From the NCBI GenBank assembly GCA_965243735.1, contig CBDEVZ010000008.1, forward strand, positions 3,447,190 through 3,511,189: a stretch of DNA of 64,000 bases. Direction: 5' to 3'. Under the pieces are notes generated by a model. That model worked only from the letters and a program-made list of their open reading frames with translations. It was not told the DNA's origin and did no database searches. Positions 9,018 through 17,955 of this stretch are shown one piece after another. The first letter of the stretch is position 1, and every line of letters begins with the position of its first letter. This DNA comes from an uncultured Candidatus Binatia bacterium (GTDB lineage Bacteria; Desulfobacterota; Binatia; Bin18). The position numbers and the translations under genes were made by a program.

Positions 9018-11321
9018 TCATGGACTTCCTTCGCGGAGCAGGCGTCGCTTGAGGCGGTTTTTCAGCGGCAGCAGCCACGACTGGTTTCTCTTGAGCAGGG
9101 CGCTGTAGGCCGGCAGCAGCGTGCGACGGAGGGCAAAATACAGGCCCGTCCGCCACGAATGAGCGTGGGCCGGCACGAGACCCCCGGCTGCCGGCTGCCC
9201 CCGTTCCTGCCACAGCCAGTCGGTGAGGCTTGACAGGCGCTGGTATTCGACCGCTTGACTGGCGCACGCCCGGCCGAGTCCGATCCCCGGAGCCGGACGG
9301 GCTGCGGTTTCCCGCTCCTGCCGGGCCGTGTCATAGGCGGCCAGGAAGCGCTCGGTCATGTGCTCAAGCCGGAAGTGGTCTTCGATGCGTCGGCGCGCGC
9401 GGTGGCCCAGCGTTTTGCGCCGCTCCGGGTCGCTCAGCAGCTGGGCCAGGATGTCCGCATAGTGCCGGGCTTCCTCGGCCTCCTCCCCCCGTTCAATCAA
9501 CACCCCGCACTCAGGCGTGACCAGCTCCGCCTGTCCGCCCACGTCGGCGCCCACCACCGGCACCCCACAGGCCATGGCCTCGTACACGGACAGGGCAATG
9601 CCCTCCCACTGCGAGGGCAGAAAAAAAATGTCCGCAGCAGCCAGCAGGTTCCGAATCTCGGCGTTGGGCACGGCTCCGAGCAGACGAACCTGACGGTCCA
9701 GCCGGTTCTTTTTGACAAACGTCCGCAGCCATTCAAAATCCGGTCCGTCTCCGGCGACGAGGAGCAGAAAATCGGAGCTGAGCTGCGCCAGCCGAGCGGC
9801 CGTCTGGGCCAGAACCGCCGGCTGTTTCTGGGGGCAGACGCGCCCTACGAACACGATGAGCAGTGTGGTCTCGGCAATGTTAAGCCGGTGGCGGGCGCGA
9901 CGCCCCCGGTCAGGGTCGGGTCGCCAATAGTCGGCGTCAACGTTGATGTAGCATACGTCGATGGCCGTCGGATCGGCGCCTCGGTTTTCCATCCAGCCCT
10001 TCAGGTGGTGCGAGGTCACCAGCTGCCTGTCGAGCATGTCTTGGTAGGTTGCCGACATGTGCGGATAGCCGCCGTTCTTCCAGCCCTCTTCTTCGATGTG
10101 GCAGAAATCGAGCAGCGGCAGGCTCGGGAAATGCGCCCGCAGGTAAGGCAAGAGCTGATAGCCGAACTCGCTGTGCGAGATGAGCACCGCGTCGGCATCG
10201 CGGCTGTGGATGAGGGCGCGCAAAAAGCGGGGATAATCCGCCGGACGCAGAAAACGGTCGAGGAGGAAAATATCGGGCGTATACCGGGCAAACTGGGCCG
10301 CCCACGGCTGCTCGCCGCCGAGCGTCGTCGCAATCGTCACCTCCCAGCCGCGCGGCCCGAGCTGGGTCAGCAGGTCGAGATTGAACTTGTCCGACCCACC
10401 CATGGTCAGCCACGGCGCAATCAGCAGCAGGCGCGACTTGTGCTTGGCGAGCCGGTTGTGCCACGGCAGGTCGTCGGAGACGGTTTCATACGGCGTTGGC
10501 GGCGCGGTGTGGGGAGCGGGAAACTGCCCCTGCCACAGCTGCGGGTAGCGCTGGCGCAGGGTGTCCCGAAACGCGGCCTCGCGCGTCCCGCCGTCCCAGG
10601 TTTCCCAGCGCTCGTTGTGATTCTCACGGCGGCGATACCAGTCGAGATACTCCGGCAGCGTCGTCCCCCAATAGCCCTGACTGGCGCAGTGCAGCCAGAA
10701 GTCCCAGTCTTCGAGTCCGCCCCGAATTGTTTCATCATAGCCGCCGACCGCCCGATGCACACTGCGGCGCAGCGCGCCGGTGATATCCACCAGGTTCGTT
10801 TCGAGGAAGACCTCGTTGTTGTGAAAGCCCTGCTGCCACAGATAGTCCCGGGCATCGAAGCCGACCGAGTAGCCCTTGACGAAGGCGTATTCCGGGTGTG
10901 ACTCCAGGAACCACAGCCACTTCTCTATGGCGGTCGGCTCAAGCAGATTATCGCTGTCGAGCTGGACGACATACGCCGCGCGGGCTTCTCGAAAGGCGCG
11001 GTTGCGGGCCGCGCTCGGCCCTTGATTGGTCGGCAGGTCAATCACCCGGATGCGGGGATCGTCGAGGCGTCGATATTCGTCCAGAACCGCCAGGGCCTCG
11101 GGCCGGGTCGAGCCATCGTTCACGATCAGCCATTCCCACTGCTGGAAGGACTGCCGAAAGATCGACCGCGCCGTCTCATGAAAAATCGCCCCGGTGTTGT
11201 AGAAGGGTGTCACAATGCTCGCCGCCGGCGGGGCGGCCGGGTCGGCCGGCGCATAGCCGTAGGCCGGACGGCGGTCCGAGGCCGGTGTATTGGTGTAATC
11301 GGGCTTGTGTGGATCAATCAT
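9018..11321 (-). CDS. GT2 + GT4 fusion glycosyltransferase
   Basis: N-terminal IVNDGST, LDSDN, EDWDFWL; C-terminal GGSDKF, QKQP, PSQWEGIALSVYEAMACG. Confidence 0.9.
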   Translation of the reverse strand: MIDPHKPDYTNTPASDRRPAYGYAPADPAAPPAASIVTPFYNTGAIFHETARSIFRQSFQQWEWLIVNDGSTRPEALAVLDEYRRLDDPRIRVIDLPTNQGPSAARNRAFREARAAYVVQLDSDNLLEPTAIEKWLWFLESHPEYAFVKGYSVGFDARDYLWQQGFHNNEVFLETNLVDITGALRRSVHRAVGGYDETIRGGLEDWDFWLHCASQGYWGTTLPEYLDWYRRRENHNERWETWDGGTREAAFRDTLRQRYPQLWQGQFPAPHTAPPTPYETVSDDLPWHNRLAKHKSRLLLIAPWLTMGGSDKFNLDLLTQLGPRGWEVTIATTLGGEQPWAAQFARYTPDIFLLDRFLRPADYPRFLRALIHSRDADAVLISHSEFGYQLLPYLRAHFPSLPLLDFCHIEEEGWKNGGYPHMSATYQDMLDRQLVTSHHLKGWMENRGADPTAIDVCYINVDADYWRPDPDRGRRARHRLNIAETTLLIVFVGRVCPQKQPAVLAQTAARLAQLSSDFLLLVAGDGPDFEWLRTFVKKNRLDRQVRLLGAVPNAEIRNLLAAADIFFLPSQWEGIALSVYEAMACGVPVVGADVGGQAELVTPECGVLIERGEEAEEARHYADILAQLLSDPERRKTLGHRARRRIEDHFRLEHMTERFLAAYDTARQERETAARPAPGIGLGRACASQAVEYQRLSSLTDWLWQERGQPAAGGLVPAHAHSWRTGLYFALRRTLLPAYSALLKRNQSWLLPLKNRLKRRLLREGSP

Positions 11322-13899
11322 CGGGCTCGCTCTCTTTGTCTGACAGCTTCTGGTCCGGCAATTTCTGGTCCGGCAATTTCTGGGCGGGATCGACGAGTTT
11401 CAAGCCCAGGCCCAGCCGTCCCCACCGACTGGTTTGCCAATACTCGGCCCGCTCCTGCCAGGCCGCCCGCTGCGCTTCCAGCCACGCCTTGGCCCGCTCC
11501 AACTCGTCGATCCACGCCTGCTGCTCCTGCACTGTCCTCTCACGCTCCTCCGCCTGGGCCTGCCAGGCCACCCGCTGCGCTTCCAGCCACGCCTTGCCTT
11601 TCTCTAACTCGCCGGTCCACGCCTGCTGCTCCTGCACCGTCCGCTCGCGCTCCTCGGCCAGCCCCTGCCAGCGCTGGGCCTGGCCTTCCAGCCAACTCCG
11701 TCCCCGATCAAGCTCGGCCGCCCACTCCCGTTGCTCCAACACGGCTTCTGCGGCCTCGGCCAAGAGCTGCGCCTGGGGCGTTTCGCCCCGGCGTCGGGTG
11801 TAGTAGGCGACCGCCGCACGCATCGCCCGCCCGCACTCCTCCACCCCTCGTTCGTACTGGTAGTTGTGCGAAGCATTATCAGCGTGCCAGCGGTAGCGCA
11901 CCAGGGTGTTGTGGAGAAACCCGACCCGCCCTTCAAGGCACAGCTTCATCCACATCTCATAGTCGCAGGCAAAGCCGAGCGTTTCGTTGAAGCCGCCAGC
12001 CGCAGCCAACTGCTCCCGTCGGACAATGACGGTTGGCGCGCAGATGCAATCGCCATGCAGCAGCAGTTTGCGGAAATACGCCTCGCCGTCTTCCACAAAG
12101 TCCGTCTCCGCTTTTTCCCTCCACTCAGCCACCCGCTCCGGCGCTCCAACTTCCACAACGGCTTTCGCCCGCGAATGCACCAGGCTGAGGCTGGGGTCGG
12201 CGTCAAACAGCGCCATCTTACGGGCCAGATTACCGGCCAGCATGACATCATCCTGGTGGAAGACACAGATGTACTCGCCCCGCGCCAAGCCGACCGCCAC
12301 GTTCCAGTTGCCCGGAATGCCGCGCCGCTGCGGATTCTGGTAGATGCGCAGACGAGGGTCGTCGAACGTCTGGAGAATGTCCAGCGTCCGGTCGCCTGAG
12401 CCATCGTCAACCACCACGAGTTCAAAATCGGTATAGCTCTGTTCCAATACACTCCGCACCGCTTCGGCCACATATGCCTCGCCGTTATAGGTCGGCAGAC
12501 ACACGCTCAGGCGTGGCGGCGCCGGGTCGGGAGGCGTATCCCTGAGCAGACGGGGCTGCGCCGCCGGACCGGAGGTCCCCGAAGTTTTTGGCTCCTTCGT
12601 CCCCTGCGGGATGGAGGAACCGGACTGCCCCAGCACTTCCTGATACGTCCGCTCAATATCTTGCGCGTAGGCATCGGCGTCGCGCCAGACGAACCGATCC
12701 GGCTTGAGCCGAGCCAGCAGCCCCGGCTCGTCCAGCAGACGCCGCAGACAGCGCCGCAGGTCGGCGGCATCCTCCGGCTCGAACAGCAACCCGTTGCGGC
12801 CGTCCTCAATGATCTCGGGCAGGGCTCCCCGCCGGGCGGCAATCACCGGCAGACCGGCCTGCAGCGCCTCGCGGATCACCAGAGAGAACGTCTCTTCCCA
12901 GATGACGGGCATGACCAGCACGTCATGCCCGGCCAGGATAGTCTGGAGTGTCGAGCGCTCGTACACGCCCCCCCAGTGGACGGACAGGTCCGTAGCGTCC
13001 TCACGCAGTTGTTCGGCATAGGTCCGCCGGGCCGCAACCTCAGCCCCGTAGAACGAGGCGTGAACCCGGTCGGCGGGCAGACCTTTGAGGGCGTCGATCA
13101 AAACATGCGCGCCCTTGTGGGGCAGCAGGACGCCGACATACACAATCCGCAACGGCTGCTTCGGCGACCGCGACGGAAGCGCCGCGTCCGGCGTGTTATT
13201 CAACGTCTCCGGTTGAATGGGCCTGTCCCGACCGGCTTCGGGCGGCAGGGGTAGGCCCGGGGCAATGACCTGGAGCCGGTCGTGCAGAAAGGGGAACTCG
13301 TCCGTCATCCGCCGGGCCAGAAAGGCCGACGGCGCAATCACCCGCTGTGGGACCCGTAAGACCTGCGTCATGAACGTAAAACGGTGACGGGCGGCTTCGG
13401 CCGAGGCAAGGTCGTGGAGGCACGCCACGCAGCGCTTGCCCTGCTGCGGTCCCGGACACAGCCGGTCGGCACGATCAATGAGCTGCACCAGGTGACAGGC
13501 GAAGAAGAAGTCGTGCAGGCTCAGCAGCGTGGGATAGCCGAGGCTGGACACACTGGGAATGAGGCTGGCCGACAGATGGGCGACCTGCTGGAAATGGACG
13601 ATATCGGCTCCACACCGATCCAGGAGCCGGCGAAAGGCAGCATCAAAAAAGGGATTATCGTAGTGGAGGCGAAAGGCTGTCGTCCGGGTATAGTTATTGA
13701 CGATACGGACGATGTGCGGCCCGTGCTCGTCCTGCTCTTCCTGGAGACTGAACTCCTCGCGTTCAGGCGCAGCGGTCCGTCCGATAATTGTCACCTCGTG
13801 CCCGCGCGCCTGGAGCGCACGCGACAGTTCCAGGGTCAGGATCTCAACACCGGCCCGCTCCTGTGGCGGAAGCCCGTGTACGACTTGGACAATGTTCAT
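11314..13899 (-). CDS. GT4 + GT2 fusion glycosyltransferase with C-terminal coiled-coil repeats
   Basis: SLHDFF, HKGAHVL, WEETFSLVIREA; then PTYNGE, VDDGS, HQDD, DYEMW; 35-aa repeats at the C-terminus. Confidence 0.9.
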   Translation of the reverse strand: MNIVQVVHGLPPQERAGVEILTLELSRALQARGHEVTIIGRTAAPEREEFSLQEEQDEHGPHIVRIVNNYTRTTAFRLHYDNPFFDAAFRRLLDRCGADIVHFQQVAHLSASLIPSVSSLGYPTLLSLHDFFFACHLVQLIDRADRLCPGPQQGKRCVACLHDLASAEAARHRFTFMTQVLRVPQRVIAPSAFLARRMTDEFPFLHDRLQVIAPGLPLPPEAGRDRPIQPETLNNTPDAALPSRSPKQPLRIVYVGVLLPHKGAHVLIDALKGLPADRVHASFYGAEVAARRTYAEQLREDATDLSVHWGGVYERSTLQTILAGHDVLVMPVIWEETFSLVIREALQAGLPVIAARRGALPEIIEDGRNGLLFEPEDAADLRRCLRRLLDEPGLLARLKPDRFVWRDADAYAQDIERTYQEVLGQSGSSIPQGTKEPKTSGTSGPAAQPRLLRDTPPDPAPPRLSVCLPTYNGEAYVAEAVRSVLEQSYTDFELVVVDDGSGDRTLDILQTFDDPRLRIYQNPQRRGIPGNWNVAVGLARGEYICVFHQDDVMLAGNLARKMALFDADPSLSLVHSRAKAVVEVGAPERVAEWREKAETDFVEDGEAYFRKLLLHGDCICAPTVIVRREQLAAAGGFNETLGFACDYEMWMKLCLEGRVGFLHNTLVRYRWHADNASHNYQYERGVEECGRAMRAAVAYYTRRRGETPQAQLLAEAAEAVLEQREWAAELDRGRSWLEGQAQRWQGLAEERERTVQEQQAWTGELEKGKAWLEAQRVAWQAQAEERERTVQEQQAWIDELERAKAWLEAQRAAWQERAEYWQTSRWGRLGLGLKLVDPAQKLPDQKLPDQKLSDKESEPDD
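11454..11740 (-). repeat. 105-nt (35-aa) coding tandem repeat, about 2.7 copies
   Basis: CCTGCCAG recurs at 11454, 11559 and 11664; unit approximately AEERERTVQEQQAWxxELExxKAWLEAQRxAWQxQ. Confidence 0.85.
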
Positions 13900-13982
13900 A
13901 GCTGCGCCTGCTTCAGGTGTGCTGTCTCAGTCTGGCAATGATCGCCCCGTATAGCCTACAGCGGCCGGCCCTCGCGTCGGGG

Positions 13983-14296
13983 AAATCCCCCTCAGTCCCC
14001 TTTTGGCAGCGTGTGATACACATTCCCAGGAACCTGAGTTCTCCTGTCGGGTACCGACTGCCGGGTCGGAGATAACCCACCCCGCCGCTATCGCGGCACA
14101 AAGAGGAAACGTGTCTCCAACAGACCAGACAGATGTTGACATGTTTCCTCTTTCCCTCCCAGGAGGGGATTGGAGGTGGCTCCCCTCCTGGGAGGGGTGG
14201 CCGAAGGCCGGGGTGGGTTTCTTCTTGCATCACACGTTATCAAAGGGGGAAGCCTGTCCTGAGCCCCGGCGAAGGGCGCGAAGCACAGGGGGATTT
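13983..14296. repeat. Composite nested palindromic (REP/MITE-like) element cluster
   Basis: An AAATCCCCCT...GGGGGATTT shell contains AGCGTGTGAT...ATCACACGTT, CCCCTCCTGGGAGGGG hairpins and a 54-bp inverted-repeat element. Confidence 0.8.
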
Positions 14297-14394
14297 CAGA
14301 GCAGAATTATGCTCCTCCGGGAAAGAAAGGCAAACTGAGACACCCCCCCAGTTTAATCTTCTCTTCCCGATATCACTGTCAGGATCAATCATCC

Positions 14395-15366
14395 TTACTG
14401 GCTCTTGAGATGCGCCTGGTACGAGAACCACGTCTGGAGCCAGGCCGGGAATGTGTCGGCCCGCTCGCCACACCATATCCCCAGGCGGGCGGCCAGGTGC
14501 CAGCCCAGGGCCGGCAGCGCCCAGTGACACACGACCTGCGTCCTGGTCTGCCCCCGCTCCCGCGCCCAGAAGGCCAGGTCGGTGCGGGCAGTCCGCACAG
14601 CCGCCGGCAAACATGCGGCCAGGCGGCTCGGCGGCGGCTGGCCCGCCTCTTGGTGCAGGGCGGCGCAGTGGTCAAAATGGCGTCGGAAATTGGCCCACGG
14701 GCCATAACTGTGTGAGTGATACACGACCGAATCGGCACAATACGCGGTCTTATAGCCGGCTTCGAGGATACGTTTGGCCCACAATTGGTCCTCACCAAAC
14801 TCGACCTCGGGCCAGGGAACGTCGCGCCACGTGGAGTGACGAATGACCGAGCTGGTATTGGCGAAAAAATAGAAAAAGGCCGGGTTCCGCTCGTAGTCCG
14901 CATTATCGACCCGGCTGTTGACGCGCGAGTCCGGCATCCCGGTCAGCTCCTCCTGGACGATCCGGCGCCATTCCATGGGATGACAGCTCGGGCGCGGTGT
15001 GTGGCGGCTGTAGGCGCCGACCACCAGCGGGTCGGCCACCAGCGGCGCGAGCAGGTTTTCCAGCCAGTCGGTCCTGGCCGGGGTGGCGTCCTGGGTCAGA
15101 AAGACAAGATAGTCGCCGCAGGCGTGCGAGGCGGCCAGGTTGCGGGTTTTGCCGTGGCCGAACGCGGCGGCGGCAATCGTCATCACCCGCGCCCCGGCCT
15201 TACGCAGGATTTCCACCGAGCCGTCCCGCGAGCCGGAATCCACGGCAATGATCTCCTCCAGCTGAAAGCGTCCCCGTTGACGGCCGATGCCGTCCAGCAC
15301 GTCAGCCAGATAGCGGGCGCCATTTTTTGTGACCAGGAGAATTGAAACCCGAGGCAGCGCTGTCAT
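14395..15366 (-). CDS. Glycosyltransferase family 2 (rhamnosyltransferase-like)
   Basis: VDSGSRD, FGHGKTRN, FLTQDATP, GEDQLWA and VYHSH motifs. Confidence 0.85.
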   Translation of the reverse strand: MTALPRVSILLVTKNGARYLADVLDGIGRQRGRFQLEEIIAVDSGSRDGSVEILRKAGARVMTIAAAAFGHGKTRNLAASHACGDYLVFLTQDATPARTDWLENLLAPLVADPLVVGAYSRHTPRPSCHPMEWRRIVQEELTGMPDSRVNSRVDNADYERNPAFFYFFANTSSVIRHSTWRDVPWPEVEFGEDQLWAKRILEAGYKTAYCADSVVYHSHSYGPWANFRRHFDHCAALHQEAGQPPPSRLAACLPAAVRTARTDLAFWARERGQTRTQVVCHWALPALGWHLAARLGIWCGERADTFPAWLQTWFSYQAHLKSQ

Positions 15367-15411
15367 TGCGGCAAATCATCCCGCGCGCTTCTTAGCACAG
15401 TCGCTTCAGTA

Positions 15412-15484
15412 GTAGGTCGGATTAGCGGAGCGTAATCCGACAAGTACGGAATGTCGGGTTACGCCTACGGCTAACCCGACCTAC
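15412..15484. repeat. GTAG-type REP doublet (REPIN-like)
   Basis: GTAGGTCGGATTAGC...TAATCCGAC followed by an inverted copy GTCGGGTTACG...TAACCCGACCTAC. Confidence 0.85.
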
Positions 15485-15810
15485 ACGGCTACACATAATG
15501 GTGAAGTACTCTGGCGTCGTGCCTGAAGCAGTTTCGCGTGGAATTGGGGGTCGGCCTCACGCAGCCTACGCCGCAAGGCGTCGAATTCTGCATCCGCCCG
15601 TTTGAGATATTCATCAAGCTCAGCGCGACGAGACAGGTAATAGGTAATCGCGCCATAGACCTGTTCCAGAGTCAGCACAGGGAAGCACTCTGCCGCGATT
15701 GTTTCGGGAGATAGCCCATCGAGGAAGGCAAAAACAACAGAATCCAGCGACACTCGGGTACCGGCTACCCAATACCCTTCGTCCCGTTTTTCGACATACG
15801 GTTTTTCCAT
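15481..15810 (-). CDS. DUF433-domain protein (putative antitoxin, no adjacent toxin)
   Basis: VAGTRVSLDSVV...GLSPETI...FPVLTLEQVYGAITYYL is the DUF433 signature. Confidence 0.85.
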   Translation of the reverse strand: MEKPYVEKRDEGYWVAGTRVSLDSVVFAFLDGLSPETIAAECFPVLTLEQVYGAITYYLSRRAELDEYLKRADAEFDALRRRLREADPQFHAKLLQARRQSTSPLCVAV

Positions 15811-15840
15811 AGTTGCCGCCTTCCGTAGCAAACATCACTC

Positions 15841-16674
15841 CTAGAGATAATCGGCAAAATAGCCTTTGCAACCGGCGAACACCCGCTGGGCTAGGCCAAG
15901 CAATACCAGACACAGCAGCAGAGGGTAAAGCACCCCGCCCCAGACGACCTGATCGGGCATGAGAATCAGCCCCCGGTACAGGTCCAGGATGGGAGCCAGA
16001 GGGTTCCAGGCCAGGACGGGTTGCAGAACGGACGGCACCATCTGGATCGAATACAGGACCGGAGACAGAAAAAACCATACTGTAAACAGGGCCGTAACCA
16101 GCGGCGACACGTCGCGCAGGAACACATTGGCCGGAGACAGCAGCAGACCCAGCGCCACGGCCAGCAGCAGCTGGAGCGAGAACGGGACCAGCAGCAGGCC
16201 GAGCGCCACGGGCGAAACCCCGCCCTGCCACACCGCCACCCCGGCGAGCATCAGCCCGAAGCCGACCGCGTGGCTCACAAAGCTCGACACCACTGCGGAG
16301 ACGACCAACAGCTCGGACGGAAACTGGACGCGCTTCATCAGCTGCGCATTCTCGACAATGACCGTCACCGAGCGCAGGCACGCATCCTGAAAGGCCAGCC
16401 ACGGCCACAGGCCGCAAAACACGAACGGCACGAAGCCGACCCCCTCAACCTCGAAGCGCACGCGGTAGATCACCCCGAACACAAAGGTGTACAGACACAG
16501 CAGGATGAACGGCTGGATGAGATTCCACACCCCGCCCAGGCTGGTTCCGACAAAGCGCGCCGTCACGTCGCGGACCACCATCTGGCGCAACAGCGCGCGG
16601 TGCTCGACGACCGTGGAGAGCAGCCTGAACGGGCTGGCCAGGGCTCGCAGGGGCAAACGAGAGACGGCGGCCAT
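15841..16674 (-). CDS. wzm: Polysaccharide ABC transporter permease
   Basis: RDVTARFVGTSLGGVW, six TM segments, FFLSPVLY and WNPLA ABC-2 motifs. Confidence 0.9.
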   Translation of the reverse strand: MAAVSRLPLRALASPFRLLSTVVEHRALLRQMVVRDVTARFVGTSLGGVWNLIQPFILLCLYTFVFGVIYRVRFEVEGVGFVPFVFCGLWPWLAFQDACLRSVTVIVENAQLMKRVQFPSELLVVSAVVSSFVSHAVGFGLMLAGVAVWQGGVSPVALGLLLVPFSLQLLLAVALGLLLSPANVFLRDVSPLVTALFTVWFFLSPVLYSIQMVPSVLQPVLAWNPLAPILDLYRGLILMPDQVVWGGVLYPLLLCLVLLGLAQRVFAGCKGYFADYL

Positions 16675-16699
16675 CAGCGGTCACCTTGGGGCGGACGTG

Positions 16700-16880
16700 A
16701 ACGTGTGGGGCAAAAAGAAACCCACCCCGCCGCTAACGCGCCACCCCTCCCAGGAGGGGAGAGGGAGCCGGGATTCCCCTCCTCGGAGGGGTGGCCCGAA
16801 GGGCCGGGGTGGGTGCCATCCAGGCCGCTGGATAACGCCATATGCAGCGCACGTTGCAAAAGGGGGATTGAGGGGGATTT
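16700..16880. repeat. Nested palindromic element cluster
   Basis: AACGTGTG...GCACGTT termini enclose two CCCCTCC-GGAGGGG hairpins, followed by AAAGGGGGATTGAGGGGGATTT. Confidence 0.75.
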
Positions 16881-16925
16881 TTCCAGTCCCCGGCCATAAG
16901 CAGCGGACGAGACGGCCATCACCGT

Positions 16926-17858
16926 TCACCGCTCGCCAGCCTGGCGATAAAAGTTCTGCAACACGGGCCAGTGATGCCATTCATACGGGTAGCGCCGGAT
17001 ATACTCCTCAAGTAGCCCGATCAGGGCGGTCAGGGTTGCGCCCAACTCGGTCACCCGGCGCGGCTCCTCAAACGCAAACTCCCGCCGGCGGTCGGCCCCG
17101 ACCCAGCCAAAAAAGGGCACGATTGTCGCATCGGCCCGCGCCGCGACCGACAGCAAACTGGTCGGAAATCGGGCCGGCCGACCTAAAAAGGGCACGGCCT
17201 GCTCCCGCCAGGCGGTGACGCCGACAAACTCCGGCAGCACGTCGAGCAGCGCGACCACCATGCCGCCGGCGTCGAGCACCCGCTGAATTTTGCGGGGGCT
17301 GGCCGCGCTGACAAAAATCACCTCGCGCTCCATCAGGCGCGCAATATGCGCAAAACGCCGCCGGGCAAACGCATACGGGAGCCAGCCCTCGGCCCGGCGC
17401 ACCTGCGGCAGCGCGTTGGCCAGCAGATGCGCCCCGAGGCCCAGACTCCGCAGGTACGGAAAAATGAGCGAGCCGCCGCCAAAGTGAAAGGTCAGCAAGA
17501 GCACCCCCCGCCCCTCGGCGACCGCCGCCAACAGCCGCTCCTCGCCGCTCACCCGCAGCCAGCGCTCCAATCGGCGCCACGAATGCAACCACGAGGCATA
17601 CGCATCAACCCGGTCACAGCTCATCACCTCAAAAAACTTCTCGCCCATATCGACCGCCGGCAGTTCCTGGGGCCGGAGCGCCTCGGCCGCGTTGGACCGA
17701 ATCGCATCAAGCAGCCCAGGCGGCGCCTGGCGGGCTTCCAGCCGCCCCCAGGTCTGGGCCAAGCGATAGGCCGTGGGCAGGGGAAACAGCCCCGCCAGCG
17801 GAAAATACAGCCCATATCTAAGCCCATCCTGACCGAGCTGCCGCAACATAGCCCTCAT
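16926..17858 (-). CDS. Lysophospholipid/LpxL-like acyltransferase family protein
   Basis: GRGVLLLTFHFG, LLDV, VPFLGRPARFP and YIRRYPYEW motifs; start is approximate. Confidence 0.8.
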   Translation of the reverse strand: MRAMLRQLGQDGLRYGLYFPLAGLFPLPTAYRLAQTWGRLEARQAPPGLLDAIRSNAAEALRPQELPAVDMGEKFFEVMSCDRVDAYASWLHSWRRLERWLRVSGEERLLAAVAEGRGVLLLTFHFGGGSLIFPYLRSLGLGAHLLANALPQVRRAEGWLPYAFARRRFAHIARLMEREVIFVSAASPRKIQRVLDAGGMVVALLDVLPEFVGVTAWREQAVPFLGRPARFPTSLLSVAARADATIVPFFGWVGADRRREFAFEEPRRVTELGATLTALIGLLEEYIRRYPYEWHHWPVLQNFYRQAGER

Positions 17859-17955
17859 CCGCTTTTTTCCCCCCTTTGACAAAGGGGGGTCAGGGGGGCT
17901 TTTTTCCTCCACCTCCCGCCCCGCATATCCATCGCACCCAGCTCGTGCCGCCGCA

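Noticed and set aside
8866-9267. N-terminal extension of the 8332-9267 ORF
   Set aside because: It overlaps the upstream GT gene and a repeat; the signal peptide indicates a start at 8865.
13913-14408. Short ORFs across the repeat clusters (also 16674-16980 and 19384-20204)
   Set aside because: Translations of palindromic repeats, not credible genes.
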